From NCBI GenBank assembly GCA_046726215.1, contig JBKPAA010000008.1, positions 24,568 through 88,567 of the forward strand: 64,000 nucleotides of DNA. Reading direction: 5' to 3'. The stretch comes from Actinomycetota bacterium. GTDB lineage: Bacteria; Actinomycetota; Acidimicrobiia; Acidimicrobiales; VFJN01. The position numbers and the translations under genes were made by a program. A model generated the notes under the pieces. The model saw nothing but the letters and a program-made list of their open reading frames with translations, was not told the origin of the DNA and searched no databases. This document shows, one piece after another, positions 54,996 through 64,000 of the stretch. Numbering within the stretch: position 1 is the stretch's first letter; every line of letters begins with the position of its first letter.

Positions 54996-57710
54996 GTGGA
55001 CGAGCCGACGACCACCGCCGCCGCCACCGCCCCGATTCCGCCCGGGTACCCGGCCGCGTGGGAGGCCGACGTGGTGCTGGCCGACGGCGGCACCGCGCAC
55101 ATCCGGCCGATCCGTCCCGACGACGGGCCCCGCATCGTCGACTTCCACGGCCGCCAGTCTGCCGAGAGCATCTACTTCCGCTACTTCACCCCGCGCCCCC
55201 AGCTGCCCGATCGGGAGGTGGAGCGGCTGATCAACGTGGACTACGCCGACCGGATGGCGTTCGTGGCGCTAAGGGATGAAGTGCTCGTGGGCGTGGCGCT
55301 CTACGACCGCCTGCCGACCCGGTCGGAGGCCGAGGTGGCGTTCTTCGTGGACGACCGCCACCAGGGGCGGGGCATCGCCACCGTGCTCCTCGAGTACCTG
55401 GCCGAGGCGGCCAGGCGCACCGGCATGACCGCGTTCACGGCCACGGTGCTGCCGTCGAACGTACGCATGGTGGCCGTGTTCAGGAACGCCGGGTTCACCG
55501 CCGCCAGTCGCTTCGGGGACGGCGTGATCGAGGTCCGGCTCGACCTGCGGCCCACGCCGGAGGCCGAGGCGGCCATAACGGCCCGGGCCCAGCAGGCGGA
55601 GGCCGAGGCGGTGCGCCGGTTGCTGGCGCCCCGATCGGTGGCGGTCATCGGTGCCAGCCGGGAGCCGACCGGTGTCGGGCACGCGGTGCTGCGCAACCTC
55701 CTGGAGCATGAGTTCGCGGGACCGGTGTACGTGGTCAACCCCGCCGCCGACCTGGTCGCGGAGGTACCGGCGGTCGCCGACATCGCCGACATCGACGGGC
55801 CAGTCGACCTGGCGATCGTGGTGGTACCCGCGAGCCGGGTGCCGGCGGTGGTCGAGGACTGCGGCCGCAAGGGCGTCCCGGCCGTCATCGTGATCTCGGC
55901 GGGGTTCGCGGAGGTGGGGCCCCACGGCGCCGCGCTCTCGGCGGCGACCCTGCGAGCGGCGCGGCGCTTCGGCACCCGCCTGCTCGGTCCCAACTGCCTC
56001 GGAGTCATCAACACCGACCCGAACGTGCGGCTCCACGCCACGTTCGCGACGCCCAACCCCTTTCCCGGTCCCGTCGCCCTGCTGTCGGAGTCGGGCACGA
56101 TCGGCGGCGTGCTCCTCGATCACGTCGGCGCGGCCGGGCTGGGCGTGTCGTCGTTCGCCGCCATCGGGAACCGAGCCGACGTGTCGGCCAACGACATGCT
56201 CCAGTACTGGGCCGACGATCCCAGCACCGAGCTGGTGCTGCTGTACCTCGAATCGTTCGGCAACGCTCGCAAGTTCAGCCGCATCGCCCGCGAGCTGGGC
56301 CGCACCAAGCCGATCGTGGCCGTCAAGAGCCGGGGGGCGGCGCGCGCCTACCCGGCCGACGGCGCCGAGGCATCGCCGGCGGCGGTGGAGGCGCTCCTCG
56401 AGCAGACCGGCGTGGTGCGCGTGGACACGCTGTCGCAGCTGCTGGACGTGGCCCGAGTGCTGGCGTGCCAACCCCTGCCCGGCGGCAACCGGGTCGCCCT
56501 GGTGGGCAACGGTGGGGGATCCCTCGCCTTGGCCGCGGACGCGTGCGTCGACGCCGGGCTGGTGTTGGCAGAGCTGGGGACGGGCGTCCGACGGCAACTG
56601 GAGGCCGGCCGGCCCCTGTCCCGGGCGACGACGCGCGTGCGGGCCAGCACGGTTGACCTGGGCTTCGAGGCCGGCCCCGACGACCTCGAACGGGCGCTTC
56701 GGGCCCTGCTCACCGACGACGCCGTCGACAGCGTTCTGGTCGTGTGCGCGCCGGCGCCGCGCCAGTCCACGGACGACCTGGTGCGCGCCGTGGCCTCGGC
56801 CCGGACCGCGTGCCCCGGCAAGACGCTGCTGGCCTGCGTGTTCGGTCCACATCCGACCTCCATCTCGCCGGAGTCGGGGCCCGACGTGCCGCTGTTCGAC
56901 TTCCCGGATGCCGCCGCCTACGCGCTGGGCCGCGCGATGCAGTACGCGCGGTGGCGTGCGGCTCCCGAGGGCGAGGTGGTCGTGCCTCCGGGAGCCAACC
57001 CGGTGGCGGGACGCGCCCGGGTGGCGGCGGCGCTGGCCGACGCTGGGGTCGACGCCGGCAAATGGTTGGCGACCGATGTCGCCGTCGACGTGCTCACGAC
57101 CGCCGGCCTGCCGATCGTGCCGTCACGGGTGGCGGGGGACGCAGCGGCGGCGCTCGCCGCCGCCGGGGACCTCGGGTACCCGGTCGCCGTCAAGTCGGCG
57201 GCCCGGAGCCGGTCGGCCAAGACCGAGGCCGGCGGCATCGCCCTCGACGTCCACGACGACGCCGAGCTCCGGGCGACGCTGGATCGCATGGGCGGGGCGC
57301 TGGGCGACGCCCTGTGGCCCGTCGTGGTGCAGCCCATGGTCGACCCCGGCATCGACGTCGCCGTGACCGTGGCCGAGAGCGAGCTGGTCGGGCCGGTCGT
57401 CACCCTCGGCGCGGGCGGGGTCGCCACCGACCTGTCCGCCACCGCGGTGCATGTGCTCCCGCTCGCCGACCTCGATGCCCGCCGGTTCGTGGCGTCGTCG
57501 CCGGTGGGCCCGTTGCTCGATGAGGCCGGGCGCCGGAGCCTCGAGGACCTGCTCCTGCGCGTGGGGGCACTGATCGAAGCGGCCCCCGAGGTGGTGGGGC
57601 TGGAGCTCAACCCGGTCATCGTGTCGGCGTCCGGGCCGGCGGCGTCCGACGTGCGGCTGCGGGTCGCGCCGATCGAACGCGTCCCCCTGCCCCCGGTCCG
57701 CCGCCTCTGA
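54996..57710 (+). CDS. Pat-type protein lysine acetyltransferase (N-terminal GNAT plus NDP-forming acyl-CoA synthetase-like domains)
   Basis: HQGRGIATVLL, PRSVAVIGAS, GPNCLG, GNRADVS, GYPVAVK, LELNPV; TAGCCT -10 at 54982-54987. Confidence 0.92.
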   Translation: MDEPTTTAAATAPIPPGYPAAWEADVVLADGGTAHIRPIRPDDGPRIVDFHGRQSAESIYFRYFTPRPQLPDREVERLINVDYADRMAFVALRDEVLVGVALYDRLPTRSEAEVAFFVDDRHQGRGIATVLLEYLAEAARRTGMTAFTATVLPSNVRMVAVFRNAGFTAASRFGDGVIEVRLDLRPTPEAEAAITARAQQAEAEAVRRLLAPRSVAVIGASREPTGVGHAVLRNLLEHEFAGPVYVVNPAADLVAEVPAVADIADIDGPVDLAIVVVPASRVPAVVEDCGRKGVPAVIVISAGFAEVGPHGAALSAATLRAARRFGTRLLGPNCLGVINTDPNVRLHATFATPNPFPGPVALLSESGTIGGVLLDHVGAAGLGVSSFAAIGNRADVSANDMLQYWADDPSTELVLLYLESFGNARKFSRIARELGRTKPIVAVKSRGAARAYPADGAEASPAAVEALLEQTGVVRVDTLSQLLDVARVLACQPLPGGNRVALVGNGGGSLALAADACVDAGLVLAELGTGVRRQLEAGRPLSRATTRVRASTVDLGFEAGPDDLERALRALLTDDAVDSVLVVCAPAPRQSTDDLVRAVASARTACPGKTLLACVFGPHPTSISPESGPDVPLFDFPDAAAYALGRAMQYARWRAAPEGEVVVPPGANPVAGRARVAAALADAGVDAGKWLATDVAVDVLTTAGLPIVPSRVAGDAAAALAAAGDLGYPVAVKSAARSRSAKTEAGGIALDVHDDAELRATLDRMGGALGDALWPVVVQPMVDPGIDVAVTVAESELVGPVVTLGAGGVATDLSATAVHVLPLADLDARRFVASSPVGPLLDEAGRRSLEDLLLRVGALIEAAPEVVGLELNPVIVSASGPAASDVRLRVAPIERVPLPPVRRL

Positions 57711-57725
57711 CGTACCCGACCTCCC

Positions 57726-57776
57726 GCGTTCCCCGCGGGAACGGTCGTCGGGGCGGCCACTCCCGCGGGAAGAAGC
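57726..57776. repeat. REP-like palindrome, copy 3
   Basis: GCGTTCCCCGCGGGAACGGTCGTCGGGGCGGCCACTCCCGCGGGAGAAGCG. Confidence 0.75.
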
Positions 57777-57780
57777 GGTG

Positions 57781-58923
57781 TCAGCGCGGTTCGCGGGGGA
57801 GCCCCAGCGTGCGCTCGCCGATGATGTTGCGCAGGATCTGCGTCGTGCCCCCCATGATCGTGTAGGCGGGCGCGTAGCAGAGGTTGCGGCTGACGCGGCG
57901 GGCCAGCGCCTCCATCTCCGTCCCGGGTGCCGGCTCGGCCAGCAGGGCCCAGGGACCCAGCACCCGGCCGCAGAAATCGGCGATGCGCTGCTCGAGCTCC
58001 GTGCAGAACGTCTTGGTCGCCGCCGAGAACTGCCTCGGCGTCTGGCCGAGCGTCTCGCGCAGCACCAGCAGCCGGCCGATCCGGTAGCCGGATTCGATGG
58101 CCGCCATCTCCTGGCGGATCAGCGGATCCGCGGTGTCGGCCAGGGGCTGCACGTCCTCGTACAGGCGGCGGTTGGAGACCAGGCGGTCGATGCCACCCCG
58201 CTCGTGTTCCATCTGCCGCATGACCTGTCGGAACGAGCCGTTCAGCTCGCCCACGCGGTTGGCGTCCGGCACCCGCACGTCCTCGAAGAAGACCTCGCAG
58301 AAGTGCCGGTTGCCGGTGACGTCGACGATCGGCCGCACCGACACCCCCGGCGACCTCATGTCCACGACGAGCTCCGACAGGCCCTCGTGGGGCTTGGCGT
58401 CGGGGTCGGTGCGGGCGATGAGGTAGCACCAGTCGGCGTCGGCGGCCCCCGAGGTCCAGATCTTCTGGCCGTTGACCACCCACTCGCCGCCGTCACGCTC
58501 GGCGCTGGTTCGGATGCCGGCCACGTTCGACCCGGCATCGGGCTCGCTCATGCCGATGCACCACATCGACGTGCCGGCCACGATGCCGGGGAGCCACCGG
58601 GCCCGCTGCTCGTCCGTGCCGAACTGCAACAGGGTGGGTCCCATCTGCCTGTCGGCGAACCACGCCGCGGCGACCGGCGCCCCGGCTCCGATCAGCGCCT
58701 CGAACACGACGAAGCGCTCGAGCGGGCTGCGGCCGCCGCCACCGTGCTCGACCGGCCACGTCATCCCCAGCCAGCCCCGGGCGCCGAGCTCCTCGGCAAA
58801 CGCGCGGTCATGACCGATGATCCAGCTGTCGTCGGGTACGTCCGCCCGCTCCGACGCCTCCCGCCCAACCTTCTGCGCCTCCTCGCGCAGGGCCTTCAAC
58901 TCGGGGGACAGGGCGAAGTCCAT
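57781..58923 (-). CDS. Acyl-CoA dehydrogenase
   Basis: Canonical MSEPDAGS, NGQKIWTS, EVFFEDVRVP, IMGGTTQILRN. Confidence 0.95.
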   Translation of the reverse strand: MDFALSPELKALREEAQKVGREASERADVPDDSWIIGHDRAFAEELGARGWLGMTWPVEHGGGGRSPLERFVVFEALIGAGAPVAAAWFADRQMGPTLLQFGTDEQRARWLPGIVAGTSMWCIGMSEPDAGSNVAGIRTSAERDGGEWVVNGQKIWTSGAADADWCYLIARTDPDAKPHEGLSELVVDMRSPGVSVRPIVDVTGNRHFCEVFFEDVRVPDANRVGELNGSFRQVMRQMEHERGGIDRLVSNRRLYEDVQPLADTADPLIRQEMAAIESGYRIGRLLVLRETLGQTPRQFSAATKTFCTELEQRIADFCGRVLGPWALLAEPAPGTEMEALARRVSRNLCYAPAYTIMGGTTQILRNIIGERTLGLPREPR

Positions 58924-58955
58924 CGGCGGCGACGGTAGTCAGTACCTTCGACGTG

Positions 58956-59450
58956 ATGGACATCCGGCCGGTCCGGCCCGAGGAGCACCAGGCGCTCGGC
59001 GACCTGACCGTCGCTGCCTACGTCGCCATCGACCCGGCGGTCGTGGACGACGACGACTATGCCGGCGAGCTGCGCGACGTGGCCGGAAGGGCCGCCGACG
59101 CCGAGGTGCTCGTGGCGGTAGACGGCTCCGGGACGGTGCTCGGCGGCGTGACCTACGTGCCGGGGCCCGACTCTCCGTGGGCCGAGTTCAGCGAGGCCGA
59201 CGGCGCCGGCATCCGCATGCTGGCGGTAGCGCCCGAGGCGCAGGGGCGCGGGATCGGCGAGGCCCTCAGCCGGGCCTGCGTCGATCGGGCGCGGTGCGCC
59301 GGCAGGAGCCAGATCGTGCTCCACTCGACCGACCGAATGACGATCGCCCATCGCCTCTACGAGCGAATGGGCTTCGCCCGCGACGCGTCGCTTGACTGGG
59401 AGCCGCTCCCGGGCTTCTGGCTCCGCGGGTTCCGCCTGCGGCTCCACTGA
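58956..59450 (+). CDS. GNAT family N-acetyltransferase
   Basis: LAVAPEAQGRGIG, AHRLYERMGF. Confidence 0.93.
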   Translation: MDIRPVRPEEHQALGDLTVAAYVAIDPAVVDDDDYAGELRDVAGRAADAEVLVAVDGSGTVLGGVTYVPGPDSPWAEFSEADGAGIRMLAVAPEAQGRGIGEALSRACVDRARCAGRSQIVLHSTDRMTIAHRLYERMGFARDASLDWEPLPGFWLRGFRLRLH

Positions 59451-59468
59451 TCCTGTGGTGGGCCGTTG

Positions 59469-60002
59469 CTACAGGCCGAGCCCGTCGACGACCTCGGCGC
59501 CCGGCAGGCCCGTCAGCCAGGCCCCGGGCAGGGCGAGCTTCGAGCGGCGCAGGCCGCTTCCCACGATCACGTCGGGCGTGGCGACGACGGCTCGATCGAT
59601 GAGCAGCGGCCAGTGCGTCGGCAGGCCGAGGGGGGTTATGCCGCCGTACTCCATGCCGGTCTCCGCCACGGCCAGATCCTTGCCGGCGAACGACGCCTTG
59701 CGGGCCTCGAGCCGGCGCCGCACCAGGTTGTTGACGTCGGCGCGTGTGGTGGCCAGGACGACGACGGCGGCGAGCCGGGTCTCGCCCGACCTCCTGCCGG
59801 CGACGACGACGCAGTTGGCCGACATGTCGAGCGTGACGCCGTAGGCGTCGCAGAAGGCGACGGTGTCGGCCAGCGCGGGGTCGATGGGCGCCACCAGCAC
59901 CTGGTCGGGGTCACCGGCCCCCTGGTCGAGCGCGGCGGCCACCGGCGGACCGAGCAGGTCGGGTCGGGTGGGTGCGGGGACCCAGGGCAGCGTTCCGGGC
60001 AT
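59469..60002 (-). CDS. YbaK/EbsC family protein
   Basis: LADTVAFC, SANCVVV, TGMEYGGITPLGLP; start 60002 or 60014. Confidence 0.9.
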   Translation of the reverse strand: MPGTLPWVPAPTRPDLLGPPVAAALDQGAGDPDQVLVAPIDPALADTVAFCDAYGVTLDMSANCVVVAGRRSGETRLAAVVVLATTRADVNNLVRRRLEARKASFAGKDLAVAETGMEYGGITPLGLPTHWPLLIDRAVVATPDVIVGSGLRRSKLALPGAWLTGLPGAEVVDGLGL

Positions 60003-60023
60003 CAAGTGGGACATTCTGTCCCC

Positions 60024-60791
60024 ATGCTCGACGAACCGCTGGTGCCACCGCCGGATCGGGGCCGGGTGTTCCGATCGGGGCGGCGGGTGCGGCTGGCCGA
60101 CGCCGATCCGACGGGACGCCTGCGCCTCGACTCATGTGCCCGCTACCTCCAGGACATCGGCAATGACGACTCCGCCGACTCCGGCATCGACGACGAGCGC
60201 ACCACGTGGGTGGTACGTCGGGCCGTGATCGACGTTCACCGGCCGCCGCGCTGGCGGGAATGGCTCGACCTCGGCACCTGGTGCGCCGGGCTGGGCGGGC
60301 GCTGGGCCGAGCGGCGCCTGTCGATGGTGGGTCAGCGGGGCGGCCGGGTGGAGATCGCCACGCTGTGGATCCACATCGACGTGGCCAGCGGCGCCCCCGT
60401 GCGCCTGCCGGAGGTGTTCCACGAGGTCTACGCGGAGGCCGCCGGCGGGCGCCGGGTATCGAGTCGGCTGTGGCTCGGCGATCCCCCGGTCGGCGCCGCC
60501 GCCGAGCCCTGGGCGCTCCGCGCCGTGGACATCGACCTCCTCGGCCACGTCAACAACGCCGCGTACTGGGCGGCGGTCGAGGAGCAGGTGGAGCCGGGAA
60601 CCGCCTTCGCGCACGGGCTGCTGGGCCGACCCCACCGCGCCGTGATGGAGTACGGCCCGGGGATTGCGCCCGGTGACGCCGTCGAGCTGCTGGTGGACGA
60701 GGCCGACGACCACCTCACGCTGTGGTTCCTCGTCATGAACACCGTGCAGGCCAGCGCGACGATCGTGCCGTTACCGGGCAACACCCCGTGA
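60024..60791 (+). CDS. Acyl-ACP thioesterase family protein
   Basis: DADPTGRLRLD..RYLQD, DIDLLGHVNNAAYW. Confidence 0.9.
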   Translation: MLDEPLVPPPDRGRVFRSGRRVRLADADPTGRLRLDSCARYLQDIGNDDSADSGIDDERTTWVVRRAVIDVHRPPRWREWLDLGTWCAGLGGRWAERRLSMVGQRGGRVEIATLWIHIDVASGAPVRLPEVFHEVYAEAAGGRRVSSRLWLGDPPVGAAAEPWALRAVDIDLLGHVNNAAYWAAVEEQVEPGTAFAHGLLGRPHRAVMEYGPGIAPGDAVELLVDEADDHLTLWFLVMNTVQASATIVPLPGNTP

Positions 60792-60866
60792 ACTTGCGGG
60801 GGTCGGCGATGCCATGGTGCCCCGTTCCGCCGGAAGTTCGTCCAGGGGAGGTCGCCACGCCTGCCG

Positions 60867-61811
60867 CTACCCCGACAGGAGCACGATCTTGCCAAGCTTG
60901 CCGCCGGCCGCGAAGCGCTCGTACGCGGCCGCCGGCTCCGACATCGGGAACGTGGCGGCGATGGGCACGGTCACGGCGCCGCGGGCCAGCAGCGGCAGGA
61001 CGTGGCGCTCGACGCGGCGGGCGGCCTGGGCCTTGTCCTCCAGTGGACGGGGCCGCAGCGTCGAGCCGTGGATCCGGGCCCGCTTGCCCATGAGATCGAG
61101 CAGGTTGAGCTCGACCGAGAACCCCGCACCCACGCCGATGACCGAGATCCGTCCGCTGGTCGCCAGGGCGTCGAGGTTGGCGGGCATGTTGCTCGCCCCC
61201 ACCAGCTCGAGGATCACGTCGAACGGTCCGGCGTCCACGAACGCCTCGGGCGCGGTCACGCTGGCACCCAGGGCGGCGACGCCCTCGCGCAGCGCCTCGT
61301 TGCGTACCGTCGCCACCACCGTGCTGCCAGCCGCCACCGCCAGCTCGACGGCGGCGGTCCCCACGCCACCGGCCGCGCCATGGATGCAGACGCGTTCGCC
61401 CATGGCGAGGCCGCACTGGGTGAACAACGCGTCGTGGGCGGTGGTGTAGTTCTCGGGGAGGCCGCCGGCCTGGGCCCAGGACACCCCGTCCGGCACCGGC
61501 ATCGCCAGCAGCTCGGGGACCACGGCCAGCTCCGACTGGCCGGCCCCGGGAACCACCGCCATCACCCGCTCGCCCACGCCGAACCGGCGCACGCCCGGGC
61601 CGCACGCCGCCACCTCGCCGGCCAGCTCGAGCCCGGGTAGCTCCGGAGGGGCGGTCCCGGTCGGCGGAGGATAGAGGCCATCTCGCTGCGTCAGGTCGCC
61701 GCGGCATACCCCCGCCGCCCGCACCCGGATCAGCAGCTCACCGCTGCCGGGCTCGGGGTCGGAATGGGGGCACCAGGCGACGGCCCCGTCGACGATGGTG
61801 ACCGCGTACAT
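60867..61811 (-). CDS. MDR-family NADPH:quinone oxidoreductase-like protein
   Basis: PGLELAGEV, PENYTTAHDAL, IHGAAGGVGTAA, LGKIVL. Confidence 0.92.
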   Translation of the reverse strand: MYAVTIVDGAVAWCPHSDPEPGSGELLIRVRAAGVCRGDLTQRDGLYPPPTGTAPPELPGLELAGEVAACGPGVRRFGVGERVMAVVPGAGQSELAVVPELLAMPVPDGVSWAQAGGLPENYTTAHDALFTQCGLAMGERVCIHGAAGGVGTAAVELAVAAGSTVVATVRNEALREGVAALGASVTAPEAFVDAGPFDVILELVGASNMPANLDALATSGRISVIGVGAGFSVELNLLDLMGKRARIHGSTLRPRPLEDKAQAARRVERHVLPLLARGAVTVPIAATFPMSEPAAAYERFAAGGKLGKIVLLSG

Positions 61812-61843
61812 CGGGCGCGAGTGCCGGGGCGAGGCGGAGGGCC

Positions 61844-63115
61844 TCAGCCCCGCTGCTCGATCGGCACGTAGGCCCGCTCGGGCGCACCGACGTAGAGCTG
61901 GCGGGGACGGGCGATCTTCTGGTCCTGCTCGAGCAGCTCGACCCAGTGCGCCAGCCACCCCGACGTCCGGGGGATGGCGAAGAGCACCGTGAACATCTCC
62001 ACCGGGAATCCCATCGCCTGGTAGATCAGGCCCGAGTAGAAGTCGACGTTGGGGTACAAGCGGCGGGATGTGAAGTACTCGTCGCTCAGCGCCACATCTT
62101 CCAGCTTGAGGGCGATGTCGAGCAGCGGGTTGCGCCCGGTGACGGCGAAGACCTCGTCCGCCGTCTCCTTGATGATCTTCGCCCGCGGGTCGTAGTTCTT
62201 GTAGACGCGGTGGCCGAAGCCCTGGAGCCTGACCTCGCCCCGCTTCACCCGCTGGACGTAGGCGTCGACCTCGTCGATGCTCCCGATCTGTTTCAGCATG
62301 CTGATGACGGCCTCGTTGGCGCCGCCGTGGCGGGGCCCGTAGAGGGCGGCGGCGGCGCCGGCGACGCAGCTGTAGGGGTCGGCGTGAGCCGAGGCCACGG
62401 TGCGCATGGCGGTGGTGCCGCAGTTCTGCTCGTGGTCGGCGTGGAGGACGAACAGCACGTCGAGCGCCCGAGCGAGCGCCGGGTTGGCGTCGTACCGGGG
62501 CTCCGCCACCTTCCACAGCATCGACAGGAAGTTGGCGGCGAAGGCCAGGGAGTTGTCGGGATAGACGAACGGCATGCCCACGCTGAACCGGTGGCAGGCG
62601 GCGGCTAGGGTCGGCATCTTGGCGATCAGCCGGACTATCTGCTTGTAGCGGTTGTCCGGGTCGTGGATGTCCTTGGCGTCCAGGTAGAAGGTCGAGAGCG
62701 CCGCCACCGCCGAGACCAGCATCCCCATGGGGTGGGCGTCGTAGTGGAACCCCTCGAGGAACCGCTTGCGCACGTTCTCGTGGATGAACGTGTGGTAGGT
62801 GATGTCGTGCACCCAGCGGTCGTAGTGTTCCTTGGTCGGCAGCTCGCCGTGAATGAGCAGGTAGGAGACCTCGAGGTAGGTGGAGCTCTCGGCGAGCTGC
62901 TCGATGGGATAGCCGCGGTAGCGGAGGATGCCGGCGTCGCCGTCGATCTCGGTGATGGCGCTGCGGGTGCACGCCGTGGTCATGAACGCCTCGTCGTAGA
63001 ACCAGACGTTCGGTAGGAGCTTGCGCCACGCGCTGGCGTCCACACCGCCCTCGGCGATCGGGATCTCGACCGACTCGCCCGTGCGGTTGTCCGTGATCGT
63101 GATGCTCTCGGGCAC
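61844..63115 (-). CDS. gltA: Citrate synthase
   Basis: LRYRGYPIE, HADHEQNC, HGGANEA, GFGHRVYKNYDPRA, YPNVDFYSG; AAGGAG RBS. Confidence 0.96.
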   Translation of the reverse strand: MPESITITDNRTGESVEIPIAEGGVDASAWRKLLPNVWFYDEAFMTTACTRSAITEIDGDAGILRYRGYPIEQLAESSTYLEVSYLLIHGELPTKEHYDRWVHDITYHTFIHENVRKRFLEGFHYDAHPMGMLVSAVAALSTFYLDAKDIHDPDNRYKQIVRLIAKMPTLAAACHRFSVGMPFVYPDNSLAFAANFLSMLWKVAEPRYDANPALARALDVLFVLHADHEQNCGTTAMRTVASAHADPYSCVAGAAAALYGPRHGGANEAVISMLKQIGSIDEVDAYVQRVKRGEVRLQGFGHRVYKNYDPRAKIIKETADEVFAVTGRNPLLDIALKLEDVALSDEYFTSRRLYPNVDFYSGLIYQAMGFPVEMFTVLFAIPRTSGWLAHWVELLEQDQKIARPRQLYVGAPERAYVPIEQRG

Positions 63116-63211
63116 GGCGCGTCGCTCCTTACTTGTTTCTCTCTCACCGCCGAGGCTACTGCGAGTGGTCGGCCTCACGAGGGCCCGGCGCCCCGCGGTA
63201 CCGTGCTCCGC

Positions 63212-64000
63212 GTGCCGGGCGCCGCGTTCTTCGATCTCGACCGGACCTTGTTGCGAGGGGCCTCGGGCCCCGTGATCAGCGAGGCGTTGCGGGCCAACGG
63301 CGTGCTGTCCGAGCGCAGCGTTCCCGGTGAGAGCCTCCTGTACGGGGTGTTCGACCTGGTGGGGGAGACGCGGCCCTCGATGATCCTCACGCGCATGGCC
63401 GCCCGGTTCGCCAAGGGCTGGCCCCAGGACCGGGTGCAGGACGCCGGCGAGAAGGCTGCGGAACAGCTGGCCGGGGCGGTGCAGCCGTTCGCCCACGCCA
63501 TCATCGACGACCATCGCGCCGCGGGCCGCCGCCTGGTGCTGGCCACGACCACGCCCGACGACATGATCCGGCCGCTCGCCGAGCGGCTGGGCTTCGACGA
63601 CGTGGTGGCCACCCGCTACGGCGTGGACGGGGACGGCCGCTACGACGGCACGATCGTCGGCGAGTTCGTGTGGGGCCGGGGGAAGCTCCGAGCCGTCCGC
63701 GACTGGGCCGAGGGCCACCGGGTCGATCTCGACCGAAGCTGGGCCTACAGCGACAGCTACTACGACGCCGCCTTGCTCGCGGGAGTGGGCAACCCCGTGG
63801 CCGTCAACCCCGACCCGCGGCTGCTGGGCGTGGCCCTGGTGCGCCGTTGGCCGATCGTCCACTTCGATGTGCCCGCCGGGGTGCCCAAGGTGCCCCTGCT
63901 GGGCGTCGAGCCACAGCGCCTGCTGCAGATGCTGGCTCGGCCCGAGCTCGCGCCGTGGGTGCGCTTCGACATCGACGGGGTCGAACGCATCCCGGCGGCG
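63212..64000 (+). CDS. HAD-IB family hydrolase (3' truncated; may continue into an acyltransferase domain)
   Basis: Absent from the ORF track because it has no stop in the window; AAFFDLDRTL, LVLATT, WGRGK, AYSDSYYD, AVNPDPRL. Confidence 0.9.
   Translation, partial: MPGAAFFDLDRTLLRGASGPVISEALRANGVLSERSVPGESLLYGVFDLVGETRPSMILTRMAARFAKGWPQDRVQDAGEKAAEQLAGAVQPFAHAIIDDHRAAGRRLVLATTTPDDMIRPLAERLGFDDVVATRYGVDGDGRYDGTIVGEFVWGRGKLRAVRDWAEGHRVDLDRSWAYSDSYYDAALLAGVGNPVAVNPDPRLLGVALVRRWPIVHFDVPAGVPKVPLLGVEPQRLLQMLARPELAPWVRFDIDGVERIPAA

Noticed and set aside
1-64000. CRISPR array or cas genes
   Set aside because: No regularly spaced repeat-spacer series and no Cas motifs seen

Overview
A very GC-rich 64 kb window from an actinobacterium, probably Acidimicrobiia-like (inferred from gene content and pervasive leaderless starts). 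It holds about 65 CDSs and one tRNA-Val(GAC). I saw no rRNA, CRISPR array, integrase or transposase. Core content: cspA, putA, an Lrp regulator with hppD, an OmpR-family two-component system divergent from htrA, nhaA, PadR/ABC and TetR/MFS efflux units, acetoacetate-CoA ligase, ALDH, a Pat-type acetyltransferase and citrate synthase. A patchwork of small regulatory modules follows the tRNA (about 6.4-30 kb). The most notable signals are: (1) a MalT/LAL regulator flanked by three phased pairs of a TCACCC-N6-GGGTGA palindrome, one pair facing a gene-free structured region; (2) a KimA-like K+ transporter fused to an OB-fold domain; (3) a convergent pair of intact but motif-dead acyl-CoA dehydrogenase homologues; (4) a LexA box shared by a SRAP/HMCES gene and an unknown protein; (5) an ECF sigma/anti-sigma module with twin GAGATCC-N17-GTA promoters and a 32-codon bridging ORF; (6) several genes reduced to N- plus C-terminal stubs; (7) a MITE-like element and a REP-like family. 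All calls come from reading motifs by eye; no database search was run.
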